A stretch of 64,000 nucleotides of DNA. Origin: an archaeon (GTDB taxonomy: Archaea > Nanobdellota > Nanobdellia > Pacearchaeales > GW2011-AR1). Positions 1 through 9,298 of this stretch are shown here, in pieces (position 1 is the stretch's first letter; each line of letters starts with the position of its first letter). The stretch lies in contig JAIORZ010000006.1 of the NCBI GenBank assembly GCA_021107855.1, positions 32,480-96,479 on the forward strand, written 5' to 3'. A program made the position numbers and the translations under genes. The notes under the pieces are model-generated. The model was not told the DNA's origin and ran no database searches. It saw only the letters and a list, made by a program, of their open reading frames with translations.

Positions 1-1
1 T

Positions 2-163
2 CTATCTGGCTTTGCGGAAATGGAAAGAGAAATGATTAGGGAAAGGATTAAATTGGGATTAGCTAGGAGAAAGAAGCAAGGTAAAAAGCTAGGAAGACCA
101 AGGGGGTCAAAGGACAAGGGATACAGAAAGAAGGGCGGATATTATCTAAGGTATGCAAAATAA
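2..163 (+). CDS. serine recombinase (resolvase/invertase family), C-terminal HTH part only; 5' end lies outside the window
   Basis: In-frame translation LSGFAEMEREMIRERIKLGLARRKKQGKKLGRPRG...YLRYAK* matches the C-terminal linker and HTH of small serine recombinases; stop TAA at 161-163. Confidence 0.6.
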   Translation, partial: LSGFAEMEREMIRERIKLGLARRKKQGKKLGRPRGSKDKGYRKKGGYYLRYAK

Positions 164-287
164 AAACAGGTAAAATTTATACTTACGTCAATAGTCAGAA
201 TTTGATTGATTTAATGTGGTTTAAAATACACACCAATCAATAGTAATGAGAAAATTTAATTCAATCCAGTGCTTCATTTTAATTCCC

Positions 288-2228
288 CTAAAAAATATAA
301 GAAATACATCTCTCTTCAACATCTTGCCTAGTAGCGTATGAACATATATCATCATCATTTGTCATTTCGTAAACTTCATCTAAGCAGTCAACTTGAAGCT
401 CCCATTCAAAATAATCGTGATAATGTCTATAGAAACTCCCGTATCTTATGGAATTGCAAATAGCAGGGTCCTTTCTATCCTTTGCAACTGCGGTATAGCA
501 TTGTGCCTGCTCTAATACGTCATCAATTTTAGGACATGCCCTTAAATCAGCACCATATTCTCCCACTATAGAATAACACATATCCTTTGCATCATCTCCC
601 AATATTCTATCACAAAATCTCGATTCATTATTTCTAATCCCGATACCCATATAGAAAGAATCCATTATTACATTTCCCATTTCTTCTTTCATTTGCTCCA
701 TATCTTCTACCATGCTTTCAAATTCTTGCCTTGCTTCTGCCAATTCTTCGCTGCTATATTCATCATCATTCGAAATCTTCTCAAATTTTTCAGCTAATTT
801 TTCAATTTCTTTATCTATATTCTCTCCCATTGGTACGGTGGCCATACATGATTCTTCCAACTCATCATCTGATATTAATTTGCATGAACTAGAATCGTAC
901 GTGGCAGAATAATAAAAGCACTTATCTTTCATCTCTTTATCTTTCATTTTATTGCAACTATCCGAATCCCTTTCATATACACTTTCTCCCAAATAACATG
1001 CCAACAAATAATCCTCGTTTTTAAAACTAGAGCAGAACCCAAAATCATTATTATCTAATGCTATATTAAGAGAAAGAACTTCATTGTTTTCCTTATATCG
1101 AGAATCTTTGTCTTTATCATCACCGTCATTAAATCCAAAGAGTCCTTTGAACCACTGAATAATTGAGCTCAGGATTCCGTCTTCTTTACATTTATCATTA
1201 ATACAGTTATTGTCTTTAGCATCTAGAACATTACTGACCTGTGAATTTTCTTCTTTTTGATAAAGCGTAATGACGTTTTCCGTCTTCTTGTTTAAAATTT
1301 CATTTGTCTCTTCTGGTTCTACCTCCTCTTTATGGTTATTGATGGGCTCTTCCTCATCTTTATACTGATTAGTAGGAGTTCCTTTATCTTCTATTTCTCT
1401 CTCAAAATCATGGTAATAATATTTTTCTGTTAATGGAAATTCCATCCACTCGTGCTTGCCATCACCATCACCTAACGACCATATAAGATTTCTATCGCTA
1501 TCCTCTAAACTCAATCCATCGAAACGGTAAGGTCCATTTATTTCTTTATCTAGAATATCTTCCCCGCTATATCTTAGCTCTACAATGTTTATCCCCTTTT
1601 CAATATTTATCTCAAATTGGGGTTGAATATTTAAGTCCTTTAAAAATCCAGTTAATTTGTAATTCCCTTTCTCAAAAGCTTCTAATTCTACTTCAATTAC
1701 TAAGTATTCGTATAGGTCATTTTCATCTTCGTCAACTACGTAATCAGAAAAATTTCCAGTTGGAATTACAGGGGGTTTTTCAAATTCTTCGTAATAAATA
1801 TCATCGAAACTATAAAAATTTTCAAGTTTTACAAAGAATGGTTCATTATTTCCATCTTCGTGCATATTGATACCCCTAATTAAGCTCTCACCATACGAAC
1901 GGTCCATATAAATATTAATCCCACTGAATTTGAATGAAATCCTGTGTATTCCTTCTGTAAGGTACCCATTGTAGTCCACCCATCGCATCCTGTCCTCTTT
2001 TTTGGCTCCCCTTATTCTATAATCCCCTTCCTTTAAAACGTCAACATCAAATTCTACTATCAGATAATCATAGAGCCCATTATTATTTTCATCTATTTTT
2101 TGGTCAGAAAAATTTCCTAGGATAGTTATCTTCGAGGTATCATCCCAATCTTCAGCAACACCCATAGCGCATAAAAATAAAATTGCTATGAGAGATAAAA
2201 GACATGTATGTTTATTGTTAATATGCAT
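288..2228 (-). CDS. secreted acidic Cys-rich protein with an internal tandem ~110-aa domain duplication; function unknown
   Basis: 646-aa ORF with an N-terminal signal peptide (LLSLIAILFLCAMGVA). Two similar segments (ITILGNFSDQKIDENNNGLYDYLIVEFDVDVLKEGDYRIRG... and IPTGNFSDYVVDEDENDLYEYLVIEVELEAFEKGNYKLTG...). The C-terminal half is D/E-rich with many paired Cys. Confidence 0.55.
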   Translation of the reverse strand: MHINNKHTCLLSLIAILFLCAMGVAEDWDDTSKITILGNFSDQKIDENNNGLYDYLIVEFDVDVLKEGDYRIRGAKKEDRMRWVDYNGYLTEGIHRISFKFSGINIYMDRSYGESLIRGINMHEDGNNEPFFVKLENFYSFDDIYYEEFEKPPVIPTGNFSDYVVDEDENDLYEYLVIEVELEAFEKGNYKLTGFLKDLNIQPQFEINIEKGINIVELRYSGEDILDKEINGPYRFDGLSLEDSDRNLIWSLGDGDGKHEWMEFPLTEKYYYHDFEREIEDKGTPTNQYKDEEEPINNHKEEVEPEETNEILNKKTENVITLYQKEENSQVSNVLDAKDNNCINDKCKEDGILSSIIQWFKGLFGFNDGDDKDKDSRYKENNEVLSLNIALDNNDFGFCSSFKNEDYLLACYLGESVYERDSDSCNKMKDKEMKDKCFYYSATYDSSSCKLISDDELEESCMATVPMGENIDKEIEKLAEKFEKISNDDEYSSEELAEARQEFESMVEDMEQMKEEMGNVIMDSFYMGIGIRNNESRFCDRILGDDAKDMCYSIVGEYGADLRACPKIDDVLEQAQCYTAVAKDRKDPAICNSIRYGSFYRHYHDYFEWELQVDCLDEVYEMTNDDDICSYATRQDVEERCISYIF

Positions 2229-2385
2229 ATTCTTTACAATAAAAAGTATTATTTAAAATTATCCAACCGATAGTAGCGAGGGAGTTTAAATATTATGATA
2301 GGTCTCAAATAAACTACCCCCAATAATTTGGCCAAATTTAAGGAGGGGAACTCCAAAACAAATAAAGAGTAGTTTATTTGCAAGG

Positions 2386-2436
2386 GAAAGCGAAAGAAAC
2401 ATAAGTATGAAGATTTCTGTATGATATAGGATGGCA
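2386..2436 (+). repeat. ~50-bp direct repeat copy 1 (leader/promoter-like) immediately upstream of, and overlapping, the HNH gene start
   Basis: GAAAGCGAAAGAAACATAAGTATGAAGATTTCTGTATGATATAGGATGGC is ~80% identical over ~51 nt to copy 2 at 3046-3096, with the same spacing to the downstream start codon. Confidence 0.6.
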
Positions 2437-3033
2437 GAATTCAAAACGTGGTCAACATTTTGGTATCAAGAGGATTATGAAATTGTAGAGAAAGGCTACA
2501 AAAACAAAAACACATTTGAAGATATTGCAAAACAGCTTAACGAAAACAGAAAAAGCAAGATAACAGAAAGAGGGCAAATTTGTGCATTGCGTTCCCCTGG
2601 AGCCGTGGCGCATAGGTTGAGAATTATGGGCTTAATTAGTAGCGAAGAAGTTGAAGAGTTTTACAAAACTCACCGCAAGAAAAAAGCCCAAAAGAGGAGT
2701 AAGGGTCTAGATAAAGAAAGGAAACTTGCCTTTAATCGAGATGGAAACAAGTGTGTTATCTGTGGAGTTGAGGAAAACTTAGAATTTGCCCATGTCGTTG
2801 CATACAAAGATACAAGGACCAATAATCATAAAGAGGCGATAACTCTTTGCAAAAAACACCACAAGATGTTTGATAAAAAAGATAAGGACACAACAGTTTT
2901 TATCTTTCAAAAAATGAAAGAGTACTATCCTGAATTTGAAAATGATTATTTATTTAAGTATCAATATTTCAAAAAGTATAACATGGATAAGTGGTGCATT
3001 GTGAGGAAAGACATGATTCCAGGTAAAAAGTAG
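2431..3033 (+). CDS. HNH-family endonuclease domain protein
   Basis: Motif CVICG...LEFAHVVAY...NNHKEAITLCKKHHKMFD (CxxC ... H..N ... CxxHH) is typical of the HNH nuclease fold. Confidence 0.65.
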   Translation: MAEFKTWSTFWYQEDYEIVEKGYKNKNTFEDIAKQLNENRKSKITERGQICALRSPGAVAHRLRIMGLISSEEVEEFYKTHRKKKAQKRSKGLDKERKLAFNRDGNKCVICGVEENLEFAHVVAYKDTRTNNHKEAITLCKKHHKMFDKKDKDTTVFIFQKMKEYYPEFENDYLFKYQYFKKYNMDKWCIVRKDMIPGKK

Positions 3034-3045
3034 TTTTTTTCGAAA

Positions 3046-3096
3046 GAAAGCGAAAGGAACAAAAAGATGAAGATTCCTATATACCATAGGATGACG
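3046..3096 (+). repeat. ~50-bp direct repeat copy 2, overlapping the start of the YkgJ-like gene
   Basis: GAAAGCGAAAGGAACAAAAAGATGAAGATTCCTATATACCATAGGATGAC; see copy 1. Confidence 0.6.
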
Positions 3097-3852
3097 AAAC
3101 AAAAAGTAAAGTTCAAATGTATCTCTTGTGGAAAATGTTGCCAAACTTTCAGGGACCAAGAAGCCAAAAGCAACGGATTACCCTTGCGCGAGTGGGAACT
3201 TGCAAAATTCAAGGAACTTGCAAAAAAACATAATGTCAAAATAAACATACAGCCAATTGATATTGCTCTTGAAAAAAGAAGTGGCTTATATTTCTGTGTA
3301 GATTTTAAGCAAATAATAGAACCCTGTCCCTTTTTGGATAAAAACAAGAGATGTTTAATCTATAGTGAACGACCTCTCACTTGCAGAATGTATCCTTTGG
3401 CTCAAAACCCCATAGTGTTCCCAAATATTGACCTCTCTCATTTTGGAGATTGTCCCGGCCTTGATGCAAAAGAATTCATAATTAAAAATCTCAAATTTAA
3501 AGAAGGGAAAGAAAATAAAACAAATAAGCAGTTTGCAGCAAAGGAATTTTTAGAAGCCTTCGGAGAGGATGCCTTTGTAAGTTCGTTAATTGTTAGCTGG
3601 CATCAGGCATTCGTGAAAAAGGCTATGGAGAACATTGTTCAAGATAAAAGTTTTAAATTAAGAAAAGTTTCTAAGTATGATTACCCCAAAATCACACCTT
3701 TGACATTTTTCGATTTTCTTATTAGAAAAGGATATATGGAAGAGGATTCTAAGGAAAAAATGATTGAAGGAACGCTTGGGTATGAAAGAAATAAAGAGAT
3801 GACTTACTCTATAATTAATGGCGAACCTGGAGATAAAAAAGTTGTCATTTAG
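3067..3852 (+). CDS. YkgJ-family putative zinc/iron-chelating (CxxCxxCC) domain protein
   Basis: CISCGKCCQTF plus CPFLDKNKRCLIYSERPLTCRMYP match the CxxCxxCC YkgJ/UPF0153 signature. Confidence 0.55.
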   Translation: MKIPIYHRMTKQKVKFKCISCGKCCQTFRDQEAKSNGLPLREWELAKFKELAKKHNVKINIQPIDIALEKRSGLYFCVDFKQIIEPCPFLDKNKRCLIYSERPLTCRMYPLAQNPIVFPNIDLSHFGDCPGLDAKEFIIKNLKFKEGKENKTNKQFAAKEFLEAFGEDAFVSSLIVSWHQAFVKKAMENIVQDKSFKLRKVSKYDYPKITPLTFFDFLIRKGYMEEDSKEKMIEGTLGYERNKEMTYSIINGEPGDKKVVI

Positions 3853-4025
3853 AAGAAATATCCTAGTGCAATTTATTGTAATAAATAATCAACACCTTTA
3901 ACCCAAAATAAATTCAAAATAATTACACAGTAAGAATGTTTATAAGGAAGTTTCCTCATTAACATGTATCCAATATAGTTGGTTCAGATTGAGAGTCAAA
4001 CTATTCTTCAAATCCTGCCGAGAGC

Positions 4026-4041
4026 GTAAACCTTATAAAAG
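4026..4041 (+). promoter_or_regulatory. archaeal BRE/TATA-like element (cgtaaaccTTATAAAAgg) ~25 nt upstream of the 5S rRNA 5' end
   Basis: TTATAAAA box at 4033-4040 at the canonical distance from the predicted 5S start (~4060). Confidence 0.4.
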
Positions 4042-4058
4042 GATATTTTCTAGAATTG

Positions 4059-4169
4059 TTAGACGGCCATAGTATCTTGGTTACACCCGATCCCGTTCCG
4101 AACTCGGAAGTTAAGCTTGATGCGTTCGTGTTTGTACTGTCTTTGATGGGAAGGCGCGAAGCTGTCTGT
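4059..4169 (+). rRNA. 5S ribosomal RNA (stand-alone, not linked to 16S/23S in this window)
   Basis: GACGGCCATAG...CCCGTTCCGAACTCGGAAGTTAAGC...GGGAAGGCGCGAAGCTGTCT. The conserved loop C/helix III motif CCGAACTCGGAAGTTAAGC is present, the termini are complementary (AGACGGC/GCTGTCT), and an oligo-T tract follows. Confidence 0.75.
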
Positions 4170-4197
4170 TTATTTTTTTAGAAGAGTTGTAGTTAAT

Positions 4198-4395
4198 TTA
4201 GAATTTTTTGAACTTGTTAACTAATTTCAATGTGTCTGTCTGTCCTAGAATTTGGGCTCGGCAGCAGTATCTTTTGATTCCTAGTTTGTCGAGGGCTTCT
4301 TTTTGTGTCATGCCTTCTTCGACTAGGGCTTTGTATTGTGTGTAGAGGTGCGCTATCGGTTTTCCGCAACTGAAGCATCTTATTGGGATTATCAT
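4198..4395 (-). CDS. rpoN: DNA-directed RNA polymerase subunit N (Rpo10/RpoN)
   Basis: 65 aa MIIPIRCFSCGKPIAHLYTQYKALVEEG... is the classic Rpb10/RpoN zinc-bundle N-terminus (CFSCGK). Confidence 0.85.
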   Translation of the reverse strand: MIIPIRCFSCGKPIAHLYTQYKALVEEGMTQKEALDKLGIKRYCCRAQILGQTDTLKLVNKFKKF

Positions 4396-4520
4396 AATTA
4401 GTTAGTGAAATTTTGGTTTATAAAACTTACGACGAAGTTTTCTAAACGAATTTTGTTCTGGTTTACCCAGTAGGTATCCCTGGTGGATATGAAACTCATA
4501 GCTAAATTTATATATCTCGA

Positions 4521-5279
4521 TTGTCTTTTTTGGGGATGGATAAGAGGAAAGAGTTGATTCGGTTGCGAAACGTGGCGAAGTTTTATGAGATGGGGGATAG
4601 CGTGGTGAAGGCTTTGAATGGGGTGAACCTTAAGGTTTTTGAGGGAGAATTTATTGCGATTATGGGACCGTCTGGTTCGGGGAAGTCGACTGCTATGAAT
4701 TTGGTTGGGAGCCTTGATGTTCCGACTAAGGGAACTATTTATTTGGATGGGGAAGATATTTCGACTTTGGAGGAAAGTGATTTGGCGCAAATTAGAGGGA
4801 AAAAAATTGGGTTTATTTTTCAGTCGTTTAATTTGATTGCGAATTTGACTGTGAAGGAAAATGTTATGTTGCCGATGACGTTTCAGGGAATGGATATTGA
4901 AGAGCGGGCGGATAAGGCGGAGGAGCTTTTGAAGTTGGTTGACTTGGGGGAGAGAATGGATCATTATCCTGGTGAGATTTCGGGGGGACAGATGCAGAGA
5001 GTTGCTATTGCTAGGAGTTTGGCTAATGACCCCGAGGTTATTTTGGCGGATGAGCCTACTGGGAATTTGGATACGAAAACTGGGACGATTGTGATGGAAT
5101 TTTTGGAGAGGATGAATAAGGAGGGGAAGACGATTATTGTGGTGACGCATGACGCGGATTTGGCGCGGAAGTATGCGGATGTTGTTTATTGGTTGTTGGA
5201 TGGGGAATTGGATAGGGTGACAGGGAAGGGTGGGAAGAGTTTGTTTAAGAATGGGAAGAAGAAAAGGAAGGGGAAGTAA
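4521..5279 (+). CDS. ABC transporter ATP-binding protein (MacB/LolD-like)
   Basis: Walker A GPSGSGKST, signature ISGGQMQRVAIARSL, Walker B ILADEPT, H-loop VTHD. Confidence 0.9.
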   Translation: MSFLGMDKRKELIRLRNVAKFYEMGDSVVKALNGVNLKVFEGEFIAIMGPSGSGKSTAMNLVGSLDVPTKGTIYLDGEDISTLEESDLAQIRGKKIGFIFQSFNLIANLTVKENVMLPMTFQGMDIEERADKAEELLKLVDLGERMDHYPGEISGGQMQRVAIARSLANDPEVILADEPTGNLDTKTGTIVMEFLERMNKEGKTIIVVTHDADLARKYADVVYWLLDGELDRVTGKGGKSLFKNGKKKRKGK

Positions 5280-6494
5280 ATGAAAGATTATTTTAATTTA
5301 GCGTTGAATAACTTGAGGCATCGGGGGATTCGTTCGTGGTTGACTTTGCTTGGGATTTTTATTGGGGTGATGGCGGTTGTTTCGTTGATTTCTCTTGGGA
5401 CGGGCTTGAAGATGGCGGTTGGGGCGCAGTTTGGAATTAGTAGTACTGAGGTGATTACTGTGCAGGCAGGAGGGATTAGTGCTGCTGGACCGCCTGGGAC
5501 TGGGGTTACAAATAAGTTGACGAGGGATGATGCTGAAGCTATTGAGAAGATATCTAGTGTTGATGTTGCAATTCCCAGGATGATGCCAACGGGGAAAATG
5601 GAATTTAATGATGTGGTTGGGTTTGGTATGGCAATGTCTGTCCCCGATGGTGAAGAGAGAAAGGTTGTTTATGAGATGGTGGATGTCGAAGCTATTGCTG
5701 GACGTATGCTTAAGGATGGCGATACCAATAAAGTTGTTTTGGGTTGGAATTTTTATAATAGTGATGATGCTTTTGGGGAAAAGATTGTTCCAGGGAAAAC
5801 CGTCTTGATTCAAGATGAAAGATTTACTGTTGCTGGAATTTTGAAAAAGAAGGGGAGTTTTCTTTTTGACAATATGGTTTTAATGAATGAAGATGTGCTT
5901 GCTGATTTATTTGACTACGAAGAGGATGTTGATTTGATTGCAGTGAAAGTTAAAAATAAGGATTTGATGGAGCGAGCGAAAGAAGATATTGAAAAGTTGA
6001 TGAGACAGAGACGAGACGTTGATATTGGGAAAGAAGATTTTTCGGTTTCGACGCCGGATGCGATGCTCGATACTGTGAACAGTGTTCTTGGGGGGGTCCA
6101 GGCTTTTATTGTTATTATTGCCTCGATTTCGATTTTGGTTGGAGCTGTTGGGATTGTTAATACTATGACGACCTCGGTCTTGGAGAGGAGGAAGGAGATT
6201 GGGATTATGAAGGCGATTGGAGCTCGGAACTCTCAGATTTTTATGCAATTTTTGATTGAATCTGGACTTCTTGGGCTTGTTGGTGGTTTGGTTGGTGTTG
6301 TGTTTGGTGTTTTGGTTGGTGTTCTTGGTGTTTTGGCAATTAATAGTTGGATTGGTGGGGAGGTTGCTCCGTCGATTGATTTTGTGTTAGTTGGTGGAGC
6401 TTTGGTTGGTAGCTTTTTGATTGGTGCTATCGCGGGGATTGTTCCGGCTCTGAATGCTGCTAAAGAAAATCCGGTGGAGGCTTTGCGAGGATGA
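5280..6494 (+). CDS. ABC transporter permease, FtsX/MacB-type
   Basis: N-terminal TM helix, large extracytoplasmic domain, C-terminal 3-TM FtsX-like region; directly follows the ATPase gene. Confidence 0.85.
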   Translation: MKDYFNLALNNLRHRGIRSWLTLLGIFIGVMAVVSLISLGTGLKMAVGAQFGISSTEVITVQAGGISAAGPPGTGVTNKLTRDDAEAIEKISSVDVAIPRMMPTGKMEFNDVVGFGMAMSVPDGEERKVVYEMVDVEAIAGRMLKDGDTNKVVLGWNFYNSDDAFGEKIVPGKTVLIQDERFTVAGILKKKGSFLFDNMVLMNEDVLADLFDYEEDVDLIAVKVKNKDLMERAKEDIEKLMRQRRDVDIGKEDFSVSTPDAMLDTVNSVLGGVQAFIVIIASISILVGAVGIVNTMTTSVLERRKEIGIMKAIGARNSQIFMQFLIESGLLGLVGGLVGVVFGVLVGVLGVLAINSWIGGEVAPSIDFVLVGGALVGSFLIGAIAGIVPALNAAKENPVEALRG

Positions 6495-7702
6495 TAGGAA
6501 TTGAGAGTGTTCGGTATGCTTTGAGAAATATTTTGCATCGGAAGGGTCGGAGTTTTCTGACGGTGTTGTCGATTTTTTTGGGGATTGCTACGATTTTTAT
6601 TTTTGTTAGTTTTGGGCTTGGGCTTTATGGTTATATGAATGATTTGTTGGAGGGTGGGAGTGGAGATAAAGTTATGGTTACAGCGAAAGGTAGTGGGGGT
6701 GTTCCTGGACTTGATTCTGCATTTGCCTTGACAGATAAAGATGTTCGGGTTGTAGAGAGAGCTGGTGGGGTTTATGAATCGACTGGGGTTTATATGAAGA
6801 TTGCGATGGTCGAATCTCGGGACGAACAGAAATATGTATTTTTGATGGGGTATGACCCGAAAGTGCCGATTGTTATGGATATTGGAGACGTGGATATCGC
6901 TGAGGGTCGAGAGCTACGAACAACTGATACGAACAAGGTGACGCTTGGTTATAATTATATGATTGATGACAAGATTTTTTCTAGAGGTTTGAAACTTAAT
7001 GATAAGGTTGAAATTCAGGAACGAGAGATGCAGATTGTTGGGTTTTATGAGGCTATTGGGAACCCTGGTGACGATGCTAATATTTATGTTGTAAATGATG
7101 CGGTCGCTGAAATCTATCCCAACGATACAGATTCTTATGGCTGGATTGTGGCTCGAGTTGATACTGATAATGTTGATTGGGCGGTGGATAATATTGAACG
7201 GGGACTTCGGCAGTCTCGAGACCTTGAGAAGGGGAAAGAGGATTTCAGCGTTGATAGTTTTGCTGATATGATTGAAAGTTATGCTGGTGCGATGAATATT
7301 ATTGTTGGGTTTATTGTTTTGATTGCGTTGATTTCTGTTTTTGTGAGTGCGGTTAACACGGCGAATACGATGATTACGTCGGTGATTGAGAGGACGAAGG
7401 AGATTGGTGTAATTAAGTCAATTGGTGGAACGAATGGCGAGGTGTTTGGGATTTTTCTTTTTGAGGCTGGGTTCTTGGGGCTTGTTGCTGGGGTAATTGG
7501 AGTTTTGTTGGGGTGGGGAGCGTCTTACACTGGAGGTGTTGTTTTAGATAATCTTGGTTGGGGTTTTTTGGCGCCGGTGTTTCCTAGTTATTTGTTTGTG
7601 AGTTTGATTGCATTTGCGGTTCTGACTGGTGCTATTAGTGGAGCGATTCCGGCATGGAATGCGAGTAAGACGAATATTGTGGATGCATTGAGGCATGAGT
7701 AG
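6491..7702 (+). CDS. ABC transporter permease, FtsX/MacB-type (second copy)
   Basis: Same architecture as 5280-6494; 4-nt overlap with the upstream gene. Confidence 0.85.
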   Translation: MIGIESVRYALRNILHRKGRSFLTVLSIFLGIATIFIFVSFGLGLYGYMNDLLEGGSGDKVMVTAKGSGGVPGLDSAFALTDKDVRVVERAGGVYESTGVYMKIAMVESRDEQKYVFLMGYDPKVPIVMDIGDVDIAEGRELRTTDTNKVTLGYNYMIDDKIFSRGLKLNDKVEIQEREMQIVGFYEAIGNPGDDANIYVVNDAVAEIYPNDTDSYGWIVARVDTDNVDWAVDNIERGLRQSRDLEKGKEDFSVDSFADMIESYAGAMNIIVGFIVLIALISVFVSAVNTANTMITSVIERTKEIGVIKSIGGTNGEVFGIFLFEAGFLGLVAGVIGVLLGWGASYTGGVVLDNLGWGFLAPVFPSYLFVSLIAFAVLTGAISGAIPAWNASKTNIVDALRHE

Positions 7703-7713
7703 ATAAGATAGAA

Positions 7714-8556
7714 TTATTTTTTCTTATTCTTTTGGGACTTCTTTCTTTTTCTATAAATCCAGTATCCTACTATTACGACGACGACCGCATAGAATGCGTA
7801 AGTTCCCATTCCTGTTGTTTTTTGGTCGGCTTTTCTTTCTGTGAAATATGATGAATCAAATGTTACTGTTTTTTCTACCGTTCGCCTTGTGTTGATTGTG
7901 TCGGAATATATTAGGTTTACTTTGAATTCTCCGTCGGATAAAATTGCTTCAAAATCTGCTGAGGTATATTCGTTTGAGTCTAGGTCTCCGACTACTACTC
8001 GATTTGAACCCTTAATGTTGATTGCATTTTGTTTTGGGATTTCTATTGTTAGTGCTTCTATATCGGATTCTTCAATATTTAGAACTTCGAGTGTGATTTC
8101 GTTTGTTGTGTAGCTGTAATCTTTTACGTAGATTTCGAATTCGGCTCGGACGTCGTCTATTTCTATGTTGAAAGTTTTTGTGATTGGTGCGTCGTGTTTG
8201 GATTGTACTCGGACTTCTATTGGATTTGCACCGTCAAGTGCGTCTTTATTTATTCTGACTTCGTATGGTATTAACAAATTTGATTCGTAATCTTTTATGT
8301 AGTCTACTTTGCTGAAGATTCGGATTCCTGATTCGCCTGGGTTGAATTCTATTGGGTAGTCCGCTAGTAGGTTGAACGTTATGTCGTCGCAGTCTGGGGA
8401 ATCGATTCCTTTTACTTGGAATACTAGTTTGACGTAATCGCCTGGTACTGCTGGGTATGGGTCTTGGTTTAGAAGTGTTGTATTTAAATTACATGCTGCT
8501 GAGGTTAGCCCTATTGATAATAATAGTAGCACGATTAATGTCACGTCTTTTTTCAT
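7714..8556 (-). CDS. secreted surface protein with C-terminal TM anchor and basic tail
   Basis: Signal peptide MKKDVTLIVLLLLSIGLTSAA, beta-rich body, C-terminal helix AFYAVVVVIVGYWIY followed by RKRKKSQKNKKK. Confidence 0.5.
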   Translation of the reverse strand: MKKDVTLIVLLLLSIGLTSAACNLNTTLLNQDPYPAVPGDYVKLVFQVKGIDSPDCDDITFNLLADYPIEFNPGESGIRIFSKVDYIKDYESNLLIPYEVRINKDALDGANPIEVRVQSKHDAPITKTFNIEIDDVRAEFEIYVKDYSYTTNEITLEVLNIEESDIEALTIEIPKQNAINIKGSNRVVVGDLDSNEYTSADFEAILSDGEFKVNLIYSDTINTRRTVEKTVTFDSSYFTERKADQKTTGMGTYAFYAVVVVIVGYWIYRKRKKSQKNKKK

Positions 8557-8660
8557 GTCATTAGTAACGTTATTTTCTTTTTAAGTTTTGTCATCTTGTT
8601 GGGATGGTTGTAATTTATCTCACAAAAATTTAAAAAGAGATGTGGGTAAGTTTGGTTTAG

Positions 8661-8945
8661 GTGATAATGGCAAAAAAGTGTGTTTATTGTTCTGTGGATG
8701 TTGCGGACGAATGTGTCGTCGATATGTGTGAGCGTTGCATGTATGGGGTTTGGGGAGAGAAGTTGGCGAAGACGATTATTGAGAATATGGAAAGGGAGAG
8801 GGATGTTGGGAATTTGGAGTTAGGGCAGGTTGGGGAGATTGAGGAAGCGGTGGAAGAGGTTAAATGTCCTGTTGCTGAAGAGGTTTGTGCGGAGGAGTTG
8901 GTGATGGATAAGATTCCTCAGAAATTTGGGATTGGGGATTGTTAA
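8661..8945 (+). CDS. small Cys-rich acidic protein, unknown function
   Basis: 94-aa ORF with CVYCSV...CERCMYG cysteine pairs; sits just upstream of rpl21e. Confidence 0.35.
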   Translation: MIMAKKCVYCSVDVADECVVDMCERCMYGVWGEKLAKTIIENMERERDVGNLELGQVGEIEEAVEEVKCPVAEEVCAEELVMDKIPQKFGIGDC

Positions 8946-9043
8946 TTTTTGGTAGGAAAGATTTTTAAATGGAATTTTTCTTGGTTTGATAGGATAGAGA
9001 TGTCCGAGTGTACAGCGCTGAAGAGTTCTGTAATTTTAAGACG

Positions 9044-9298
9044 ATGGCAAGACGAGGAAAGAAGATTAGGGAGAAGGGAAAGTTGAAGCTTAGTTCTTAC
9101 TTTAAAAATATTGACGACGGTGCGCGTGTTGCTGTTGTTGACGAGAGGGGAGTTCGTATGAGTTTTCCGCCTAGGCTTCGGGGAATGAGTGGGAAGGTTA
9201 AGTGTAGTCGTGGGAAGTTTAAGGAAGTTGAAATTAAAGACGGGGACAAGTTGAAGACTTTTGTTATTCATCCTGTTCATTTGAAGGTGTTGGCATGA
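9044..9298 (+). CDS. rpl21e: ribosomal protein L21e (short form). Start taken at the internal ATG (MARRGKK); the track ORF begins at 9008
   Basis: MARRGKKIREKGKLKLSSYFKNIDDGARVAVVDERG...RLRGMSGKV matches the L21e core; conserved L21e-RpoF-DUF655 neighbourhood. Confidence 0.7.
   Translation: MARRGKKIREKGKLKLSSYFKNIDDGARVAVVDERGVRMSFPPRLRGMSGKVKCSRGKFKEVEIKDGDKLKTFVIHPVHLKVLA

Noticed and set aside
2950-3347. Minus-strand ORFs (69 and 128 aa) overlapping the HNH and YkgJ-like genes
   Set aside because: Antisense to two genes with recognisable domains; hydrophobic nonsense composition.
3853-4058. Possible tRNA between the YkgJ-like gene and the 5S rRNA
   Set aside because: AT-rich, with no GC-rich acceptor stem or T-loop (GTTCRANYC) motif that I could fold into a cloverleaf; only the 5S promoter elements are recognisable.
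4398-5813. Minus-strand ORFs (250 aa, 171 aa) antisense to the ABC transporter genes
   Set aside because: Low-complexity, R/N/H/P-rich translations lying entirely inside strongly supported plus-strand genes; typical shadow ORFs.
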